This document shows positions 32,935 to 39,828 of a DNA stretch of 39,828 nt, one piece after another. The translations under genes and the position numbers were made by a program. Positions within the stretch are counted from its first letter, which is position 1, and every line of letters begins with the position of its first letter. The notes under the pieces were generated by a model. The model was not told the origin of the DNA and did not search any database. It saw only the letters and a program-made list of their open reading frames with translations. Source of the DNA: a virus (lineage: Duplodnaviria; Heunggongvirae; Uroviricota; Caudoviricetes); IMG/VR virus record IMGVR_UViG_3300032038_000006; one strand, written 5' to 3'.

Positions 32935-33705
32935 TTATGTATTTAATTGCGGTTTTTCCTATAGAAAATTAATCTTGTCTTGTAAATAGTCGGTATCAAT
33001 TTTAGAATAATCTGAATAAGGTATTTCAATTAATAATATATTGTTATTTTTACAATATTCTTTTTTCTTATTATCATATTCCTATTGTTTTTTAAATCTT
33101 TCTTCTCCTCCAAATACGTCTATTGGATAAAAATGCTATTGTCCTTGACATTCAATTACAGCTATGATTTTATTGTCTTGTTTAATAGCAAAATCAAATC
33201 TCAATTGAAGACTATCTCCATAAAGGTCTTTAAAAGAATATTGTTTTAAGAAATTTATATTTAATTCTTTTAAGACTTTTTCTGTGTTTATTTCTCCTAA
33301 AGATTGATTCTTACACCCACATGAAGTCGTGCCGCCTGATAATAAATTATTGCGATAAACTGTTGTTATTTTCTTACATACACATTGACATTTATATAAA
33401 TTAGTAAAATTTTCTTCTTCGAATATTGGCTCTATTACTTTTAGAAAACCATAAGTTTTTCCCGATAAATCATTGAATCTGTTGTGATTATATTCAATAA
33501 TTCTTTTGGTTTTCTAACAGCCACAATTAGTAACTCTTCCTCTTTTTAAATCAGAGCCGCAAATAGATTTTATCGTATGTTCCTTACAACCTTGACACTC
33601 ACAAAACCAATAAGCATTTCTTGATTTTGTTCCATTTTTATTAGGGTCTTCATATAAGACTTTCATAAAACCAAAAGTTTTCCCTGATAAATTATCTTTT
33701 GCCAT
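32935..33705 (-). CDS. Free-standing homing-endonuclease-like protein: two Cys-rich DNA-binding repeats plus PD-(D/E)xK domain, 256 aa (4 TAG)
   Basis: LSGKTFG...CECQ...NCGC and LSGKTYG...CQC...SCGC repeats; SLGE, LRFDF, IECQGQ*HF, IEIPY. Confidence 0.78.
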
Positions 33706-33805
33706 TTTAATCACCTCATTTGATTATCTCATTGTAAAAAATAATAGAAGGGCGGCACAATGAGGATGCCTATCATAGGTTAATTACTCCTATTACCCTT
33801 CTATT
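33706..33805 (-). ncRNA. Candidate structured cis-regulatory RNA leader
   Basis: A 10-bp outer stem (33743-33752 with 33796-33805) encloses two hairpins; one loop is complementary to the RBS region of the downstream endonuclease gene. Confidence 0.5.
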
Positions 33806-33828
33806 TATAAGTATTTTATTTTAGCTAT

Positions 33829-34965
33829 TTATCCTGTAATTTGAGAAAACTCACAATCTTTATAATTTTTATCTGGTCTTGGGCCTACAAATTTACCGTG
33901 CCTTAAAGAATAACCTGATTCCGTGTGCTCGATTTCCATACAAGTTATTTCAAAAACATTACCGATATACTTATCAGGAGTTTTGATAATGCCCTCCTTC
34001 ATTTCATCTGTAATACCGCTTATCCAGCCAATGTGAAATGGCTTACCGTCTCTCATAACAGAAATTGATACAGCAGAAGCCCAACCATAGTAATATGGTT
34101 TTGTAACAGGAACCCAAGGAAGTCCATCATTGTAGTCCTTGAAACGATTAATATTAGACTTTTCCATAGTCTTTTCGTTTTCCCAGTAGGGCCAAGTCAT
34201 TATTTCCTTACCATTATAAAGACGAGTTGGCTGCTTGTAATTTCCGTCAAGGAAAGCGTCAATAGTCTGCTCAATTTCCATTTTAACCTTTAATGTCTTA
34301 CGAGCAGTACGCTTACCTGGCGCCGCCTTAGCAGTTTTCTGAGTAATTACTACTCCTTCGCCGCCTTCATTAAGAATTTTGCCAAGCTCATCCCAGAGCT
34401 CTTGTCCTTCATAGTAATGAGCATCTTCTACATAATCTTCATCCTTAAAGAGGTCAAGTATTTCATAATCAAGATATTGTTCAATTCTTGTTTGGAATGG
34501 AGTATCAAGAAGAGACTTACCGTTATATGCCCATATATCAAATACATAGTAATGAAGCTTTTCGCCCTTTTCCTGACGCTCAAGAGCTTTATCCTTTAAA
34601 CAGCCAAGAATTGTAGTAACCTTACGGGAGCCGCGCTGTGTAGGGAAATAAAGTTCTCCAAGAAGAACTGTGCCGTTAGGAAGACTGTCGAAGAAAGACT
34701 GGCATTGAGGAACCCATTCTATCTTATTAAGATAGCCGCCATTTACGCTCTCGCTTCTTCCTTGTAATCTCATATTGCCGTCCATATCTTTAATGAAACG
34801 AGCATAATGTCCGTCCTTTTTCTCTGCACCAATATAATTACCAGACATAATCATATTTTTGGTGTCTGCTTGCTTATCGCCCTTATATGTCTTGGGGAAA
34901 GACCAATACTTCTCTGCGGGTTCATTGACGAAGTCTATTCCGTCTATAATACCATATTCACTCAT
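33829..34965 (-). CDS. ATP-dependent DNA ligase
   Basis: EKKDG (motif I), GEL, YVFDI, EGVV, LKVK, LRH...RPDK. Confidence 0.88.
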   Translation of the reverse strand: MSEYGIIDGIDFVNEPAEKYWSFPKTYKGDKQADTKNMIMSGNYIGAEKKDGHYARFIKDMDGNMRLQGRSESVNGGYLNKIEWVPQCQSFFDSLPNGTVLLGELYFPTQRGSRKVTTILGCLKDKALERQEKGEKLHYYVFDIWAYNGKSLLDTPFQTRIEQYLDYEILDLFKDEDYVEDAHYYEGQELWDELGKILNEGGEGVVITQKTAKAAPGKRTARKTLKVKMEIEQTIDAFLDGNYKQPTRLYNGKEIMTWPYWENEKTMEKSNINRFKDYNDGLPWVPVTKPYYYGWASAVSISVMRDGKPFHIGWISGITDEMKEGIIKTPDKYIGNVFEITCMEIEHTESGYSLRHGKFVGPRPDKNYKDCEFSQITG

Positions 34966-34997
34966 TTGATTTTCCTCCTTATTTCATTTATATTATA

Positions 34998-35043
34998 ATT
35001 ATAACACAAATAAAAAGAAAAGTCAAGATTTTACTCTTGACTT
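34998..35043 (-). promoter_or_regulatory. SigA-type promoter with a palindrome over the -35 box
   Basis: TTGACT-N17-TATAAT; AAGTCAAGA-TTTTAC-TCTTGACTT at 35020-35043. Confidence 0.85.
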
Positions 35044-35338
35044 AATCTTCATATTTAATTAATGGATAACGATATTTTGCTTTTAAATGTCTCCACCAAG
35101 AATAATTACCATTCTTTTCTTTAAGCACAACTCCGTCAAATACACTTGATGTTATCTTTTTGAAGTTAGGGCCGTATGCCTGAACAATGAATAATTTATT
35201 AGTAGCTATTAAATCAATATGTTTTACGCCTTCTTTTTCAGCAGGAAAGTAATTAACAAAGATTGTAGCTTCATATCTCTTTGAACCTTCTGGGTCACTT
35301 GACTCTGGCAATAAATCGGGATGAAACATATTACCCAT
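35042..35338 (-). CDS. Hypothetical protein, 98 aa
   Basis: GGAGG RBS; overlaps the RNase H stop. Confidence 0.65.
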   Translation of the reverse strand: MGNMFHPDLLPESSDPEGSKRYEATIFVNYFPAEKEGVKHIDLIATNKLFIVQAYGPNFKKITSSVFDGVVLKEKNGNYSWWRHLKAKYRYPLIKYED

Positions 35339-35837
35339 TGGCTATCTCCTCCTTTGCGGCAACAGCTAATTTATCTGCTTCATTATTCCAGTAAACGTCA
35401 TCGTGTCCTTTTACCTTAATGAAATTAACAGAATTAAATGAACCTTCGCCTGCAACTTGATTCATCTTATCCCATATCTGCTGAATAAGGATAAGATTTT
35501 CGATTGGCTTTTTATCTGTCTTCTTCCAGCCTCTTGCTATCCAACCCTTTATCCATTGAGTAAAGATATTTATGCAATAGGCGCTGTCAGAATAGATATT
35601 AACTGTACATGGGCCTTTCTCAAAACGAGTTTCATATTCAGCAAGATTTAGAGCGTTCCATATAGCCATTAACTCCATACGATTGTTTGTGGTTTCCTTC
35701 TCGCCGCCAGAGAGACGATTATATTCCTTCATATTCTCATCAAGACAAATAACGCCCCAGCCACCAGCTTCACGGACATATTCATTATTGACCTTTCTCA
35801 TTGTTGCGGCGCCATCAGTGTAATAATTTAATATCAT
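35331..35837 (-). CDS. rnhA: Ribonuclease HI
   Basis: YTDGA, TTNNRMEL, YSDSAY, VKGH...NNEADKLA. Confidence 0.92.
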   Translation of the reverse strand: MILNYYTDGAATMRKVNNEYVREAGGWGVICLDENMKEYNRLSGGEKETTNNRMELMAIWNALNLAEYETRFEKGPCTVNIYSDSAYCINIFTQWIKGWIARGWKKTDKKPIENLILIQQIWDKMNQVAGEGSFNSVNFIKVKGHDDVYWNNEADKLAVAAKEEIANG

Positions 35838-35838
35838 A

Positions 35839-36342
35839 TTATTCTCCTTTCGTCATTTTGACGAACTCTTCTGCCGAAGCACGAAGTTCATCGAGCGTTC
35901 CATTATTCTCAATAACGATGTCATAATTATAATTAAAAACGTCATCATCAGCATGATTTCCATAATCTTTCTGACCTCCTCTTTTTACAAGGACTGTAAG
36001 GCAGCTGAACGCTTGCTTTAATCTGTCAATATCATCGGGTTCTCTTGCATCAATAAAGACAATTTCACAACCTTCTTTAATTGCCATATGAGCCATAGCA
36101 CAAGTAGTAAGAAATGGGCTGTCATCCCAAGCTGTAAGAGCATCTTTTAAATTGCTAAGAAAACGTCTGTCCTTATCTTCTTTGGCTCCATTCCAACCGA
36201 GCTTGGCGGCACATTGTTTTGTATAATCAATCATTGAGACGGCGGCTACATCGCCTTCGCAAGCTTCAGCTACAAAATTTTCAAAAGTAGTTTTACCTGA
36301 GCCACCCTATCCATTTACTATAAAAATTTTTATATCAAACAT
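35839..36342 (-). CDS. P-loop nucleotide (dNMP-type) kinase, 167 aa (TAG inside Walker A)
   Basis: IFIVNG*GGSGKTT, LGWNGAKEDKDRRFLS, FIDAREP, IENNGTLDEL. Confidence 0.8.
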
Positions 36343-37276
36343 TTTCTTCCTCCTTTATACTATTTTCATTCAATATAGTTATATGACTGCCGAAAAATTC
36401 TTGATAATCTTCAATAGTAATTCCTTTATCAACTTCATTTAAATAGCCATAAGCATTTGAATGACTTTTAATAAAGATAGAATATTGTCTAAGCTGAGTA
36501 ATTATCTTATTGTGTGTCTCATCATCTATATTATCAGGGAATTTGTAAAGCACAATCGAATCTGTTTTCTCAACTTCCCTCAATAATATTGTATTCTTTT
36601 CGAGAGAAGGAGTCAAGAAAAGGACTATTATGTCTTTTTCATAAGGTTCGATAATATTGTCATTAAAGTGGAAACTCATATTTTCCCAAGCATGATTTTC
36701 CATTGAATAACTACATTCACACCAATGCTGAAGATTATTTATAATAGTATCATTTTCAATTATATCATTCTTAATATATCCAAGATGATAAAATAGTCTG
36801 ATTGCCTTTAATTGATATGGAGTAAACTCCTTCATTGGATACCAAGTAACATTAGGGAAATCTCTGAAGATGTCCTTAGAGTCAGTTACTTTATATAGAG
36901 GATTAAAGGGAGAAATATAAATAGCTTTTTCTTGCTTCATTAATTTCTTTAATCGGTAATTGCCGATTCTCTTTACTCCCTTCACAATATCTTTGGTCTT
37001 ACGGCGCTTGCCATATATGACCAAATTAATAGGTGTAGACATAGCAGATATAACTTTTAACATTCTGTAACACATAGCACTTATGATATCGTCGTGATAT
37101 TCTAATACAAAAGTATGAGTTTCTGCATATTTGCCATATTGGTTAAGGAACTCGCTTATTTTTTGTTCTATTCTCATATTTGTTTCGGCTTCATTTCCAT
37201 AGCCGATAGGATAGAACAAATTAAGATTATGATGTTCAAGTTTTGCTTCGAGCAAAGCTTTTGTAATTACATTCAT
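36335..37276 (-). CDS. Hypothetical protein, about 313 aa
   Basis: Long open frame; GAGGTG RBS; first gene after a promoter. Confidence 0.75.
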   Translation of the reverse strand: MNVITKALLEAKLEHHNLNLFYPIGYGNEAETNMRIEQKISEFLNQYGKYAETHTFVLEYHDDIISAMCYRMLKVISAMSTPINLVIYGKRRKTKDIVKGVKRIGNYRLKKLMKQEKAIYISPFNPLYKVTDSKDIFRDFPNVTWYPMKEFTPYQLKAIRLFYHLGYIKNDIIENDTIINNLQHWCECSYSMENHAWENMSFHFNDNIIEPYEKDIIVLFLTPSLEKNTILLREVEKTDSIVLYKFPDNIDDETHNKIITQLRQYSIFIKSHSNAYGYLNEVDKGITIEDYQEFFGSHITILNENSIKEEENV

Positions 37277-37307
37277 TTTCTTCACCTCATTTTTTTATTT
37301 TCATCTA

Positions 37308-37393
37308 AGTATAACATAATTGAGGTAAAAAGTCAACAATTTAATTGTTATTGAAATTGAAATGTTGACTATTGTTGTACAGAATGTTATTAT
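37308..37393. promoter_or_regulatory. Back-to-back divergent SigA-type promoters at the strand switch
   Basis: - strand TTGACT (37336-37331)-N17-TATACT; + strand TTGACT (37365-37370)-N17-TATTAT. Confidence 0.75.
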
Positions 37394-37412
37394 ATTAAAG
37401 GAGGAATTGAGA

Positions 37413-37661
37413 ATGAAACTTCAATATAAATTAAATCGAGATATTGTAGCAAGAACAGCTACTATGTTAAACTGGGATTTAAGTCAACTTCATTCATCAA
37501 TACATATTCAGTCTGGTGAAAGAGTTATTAATGGTAAATCTCTCATTGGTATATTAAGTGCTTAGTATAAAATGGGAGATGTAATAACTATTGTATTTGA
37601 TGATGAGAATGATTTAGATAAAATAAAAGAAATTTTTAACGAATTAGGAGGGGAAATTTAA
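37413..37661 (+). CDS. HPr-like protein, 82 aa (1 TAG); Ser46 motif kept, His15 absent
   Basis: AGGAGG RBS; DIVARTA in place of GLHARPA; VINGKSLIGILS; TAA overlaps the next ATG. Confidence 0.75.
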
Positions 37662-37945
37662 TGGCACAGTATGCTTGTGTTAAAATTACTGCTTAGGCAG
37701 GCGAGAATATTGTTCCTTTACTTTTTAAGGAATTGACTGGAACTGTTCCTCCAGGTCAATAGTGCAAAATTCAGTTTATTGCCTTCGAAGAATCAGCCGG
37801 AGAAGAGCTGACAATTAATGGCGTTCCAAATATTGTTCCATCTACTGGACAATTCATTACCCCTTATGATGGAGCAAACCATATGATGATACATTCAGTT
37901 ACTTTTAAAGCAGGATGTACTAAGAAAATATGGTTCATATATTAA
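37661..37945 (+). CDS. Hypothetical beta-rich protein, 94 aa (2 TAG)
   Basis: GGAGG RBS; TAATG coupling. Missing from the ORF track. Confidence 0.65.
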
Positions 37946-37960
37946 TGGGAGGTGAGATAA

Positions 37961-39265
37961 ATGAGTTTTAATCCTTTCGTTAATGGTGGCGGTGGAACGT
38001 CATCTGAAGACAAAGTTGCAAGAGCTGAGATTGCTGCTATTAAAGACGGAGAAAACCTTGACAGCTTTAGTGATGTTGAAACTGCTCTCAGTGATAAGGT
38101 TGACAAGGAAACAGGCAAGGGACTTTCAACGAATGACTATACAACAGGCGAAAAGACAAAGCTCGCTGGTATTGCCGAGGGTGCGGAAGTCAACGAAATA
38201 GAGGGCATAAAAGTTAATAATACAACTGTAAATCCTGATGTCAATAAGGTTGTAAATATTACCGTTCCTACAACAGCGGTGGACGTATCAGCTCTCCCCA
38301 ACACGACTAAGTATGCGGCAGCTCTTAGCCTTACAATTAACAGTTCGACGTTTGTTATGACAGGTCAACTTAAAGACCAGAATGGAGATAACTTAGGGAC
38401 AACGCAAACAATAGATTTGCCTTTAGAAAGTGTTGTTGTAGATGGCTCTTATGATAATTAGACAAAGAAAGTCGTTCTTACTTTACAAAATGGTAATACA
38501 GTCGAGTTTAGTGTTGCCGACCTTGTTTCTGGTTTATAGACAGAGCTTTCAGAAAGTAATAAGTTGAATCCAGCATATATCAACTATGATAGTACACATA
38601 GAGCAGTTAGCGATGCTGAAAAATCCTCATGGAATGGCAAGCAGAACGCTCTTAGCTCAACACAGCTCTCTGCTGTAGACAGCGGCATTGACAGTCTTAA
38701 GGTAACTCAGATAACTACTAATACAGACAGTATTTCCGAACAAAGGGTGGCGCTGGATGAGGACAGAGCAGCTCTTGTGGAGATTGTGGATTCCGGAGCG
38801 AAGAATTTTTTACAGAACGACGCTACTTCTCAGACTATTTCTGGCGTCACATTTACGGTTAATGCCGATAAAAGCATTACACTTAGTGGCACAGCGAGAG
38901 CCAACATTACATCATTCTTTATCTGTCGAGCAATACCTGCATTAACAGGAAATATGGTTCTTTCAGGTTGTCCAGCAGGTGGTTCATCTGATACATATAG
39001 ACTTGATATACTCGACGGTACTGCTTCTGGTACTGTACGATTCGTAGATACAGGAGAAGGCATGGATGTTGACTGGAGCTTAATCACTACGGGGACATAT
39101 ACGACAAGAATTCGTATTCAGTCAGGAACAACAGTTGATGGATTGATATTTAAACCAATGCTCTGCACTAAAGCAGCATGGGACATTTCACATCAGTACG
39201 TCCCGCATAGGCCAAGCTATGACGAGCTTATAGCACGGATAGAAGCGCTGGAAGGAGGGGTGTAA
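37961..39265 (+). CDS. Tail-fibre/virion accessory-like protein, 434 aa (2 TAG)
   Basis: Track ORFs 37961-38461 and 38564-39265 are in frame. KVDKETGKGLSTNDYTTGEKTKLAGI and SGVTFTVNADKSITLSGTA are typical phage fibre motifs. Confidence 0.72.
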
Positions 39266-39266
39266 A

Positions 39267-39680
39267 ATGGACAAGCTCATACAGACGACAGCGGCAGTTA
39301 TAGCCGCTGTCTGCGGATTCCTCTGGGGACAGGCGGACGGGCTGCTGTACGCTCTCATAGCCTTCATGGCGATAGACTACATAAGCGGTGTCATAGTCGC
39401 CGTAGTGCGGCACGAACTCAGCTCAGAGGTTGGCTTCAAGGGCATCGCAAAGAAAGTACTTATACTGGCGCTTGTGGCTGTAGGCCACATCCTTGATGTC
39501 CATGTTCTCGGCGGCGGAGCGGTCTGCCGGTCGGCAGTCATAGGATTTTACCTCGCAAATGAGGGGATAAGTATTCTGGAAAATGCAGGGGAGCTGGGAC
39601 TTCCGCTCCCGAAAAAGCTCATAGCTGTGCTTAAACAGCTCAAAGATAAGGAGGATAATGATGATGAAAAACGGGATTGA
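39267..39680 (+). CDS. Phage holin (toxin secretion/phage lysis holin family)
   Basis: DYISG, SSEVGFKGIAKK, ANEGISILEN...G.P.P; three hydrophobic segments. Confidence 0.92.
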   Translation: MDKLIQTTAAVIAAVCGFLWGQADGLLYALIAFMAIDYISGVIVAVVRHELSSEVGFKGIAKKVLILALVAVGHILDVHVLGGGAVCRSAVIGFYLANEGISILENAGELGLPLPKKLIAVLKQLKDKEDNDDEKRD

Positions 39681-39828
39681 CGTTTCACGGTGGCAGGGCG
39701 ACATCGACTGGACTAAGGTCAGGGAGGCCGGCATAGAGTTTGCTATAATAAAAGCCGGAGGCTCGGACGACGGATTCTATACTGATTCCAAATTCGAGAA
39801 GAATTATAAAGGTGCAAAGGAGGCTGGT
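39661..39828 (+). CDS. GH25 lysozyme-type endolysin, 3'-truncated by the window
   Basis: MMKNGIDVSRWQGDIDWTKVREAGIEFAIIKAGG...DSKFEKNY; AGGAGG RBS; follows the holin. Confidence 0.9.
   Translation, partial: MMKNGIDVSRWQGDIDWTKVREAGIEFAIIKAGGSDDGFYTDSKFEKNYKGAKEAG

Noticed and set aside
33802-33809. T4-type late promoter TATAAATA on the - strand upstream of the endonuclease leader
   Set aside because: A single instance in AT-rich DNA, with no gp55-like sigma factor in the window, is not enough to call.
6193-37354. Many + strand track ORFs opposite the replication genes (e.g. 6760-7173, 10730-11098, 22446-22748, 26285-26632, 29269-29637)
   Set aside because: They are antisense shadows of well-supported - strand genes, with no RBS or recognisable motifs.
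1-39265. Interpreting the broken ORFs as pseudogenes, a decayed prophage or sequencing errors
   Set aside because: The interruptions are always in-frame TAG, never TAA/TGA or frameshifts, and motifs, RBSs and gene couplings are intact.
1-39265. TAG read as pyrrolysine
   Set aside because: TAG is too frequent, occurs in unrelated proteins and aligns with Gln in the paralogous nucleases; no pyl genes are in the window.
39228-39734. - strand ORFs 39228-39413 and 39423-39734
   Set aside because: They are antisense to the clearly recognisable holin and endolysin.
1-39828. Suppressor tRNA, other tRNAs or a CRISPR array
   Set aside because: No cloverleaf or T-loop signature and no repeat-spacer pattern were seen in the few intergenic gaps. 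A tRNA scan of the whole genome is still needed.

Overview
A segment of a large, AT-rich tailed phage genome, most likely infecting Firmicutes/Clostridia, that uses an alternative genetic code: TAG is read as a sense codon, almost certainly Gln (translation table 15). The supplied ORF track is fragmented for this reason. Re-reading TAG as Gln gives about 45 tightly packed genes that end in TAA or TGA. Layout: (i) + strand 1-3218, the end of a tail/structural module, including a multi-enzyme tail protein with NlpC/P60, SGNH and possibly SleB-like domains; (ii) - strand 3255-37276, a replication and nucleotide-metabolism block (RuvC-like resolvase, dUTPase, ClpP, DnaE, RecJ, primase, helicase, PIN-PhoH, Sak4-like ATPase, putative SSB, GyrA/GyrB, FTR-like/NrdG/NrdD/NrdH, two PD-(D/E)xK nucleases, ATP-dependent ligase, RNase H, kinase) driven by ten near-consensus TTGACT-N17-TATAAT promoters; (iii) + strand 37413-39828, an HPr-like gene, a tail-fibre-like gene and a GC-rich holin plus GH25 endolysin. 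Main leads: TAG codons are very unevenly placed (confined to the 5' ends of replication genes, dense in the resolvase and tail genes); GCCGC/GCGGC is strongly over-represented; a structured RNA leader may occlude an endonuclease RBS; palindromes sit on several -35 boxes; and there is a His15-less HPr mimic. No tRNA (including a suppressor tRNA) and no CRISPR array were seen. All calls come from manual translation and motif recognition; no database searches were run.
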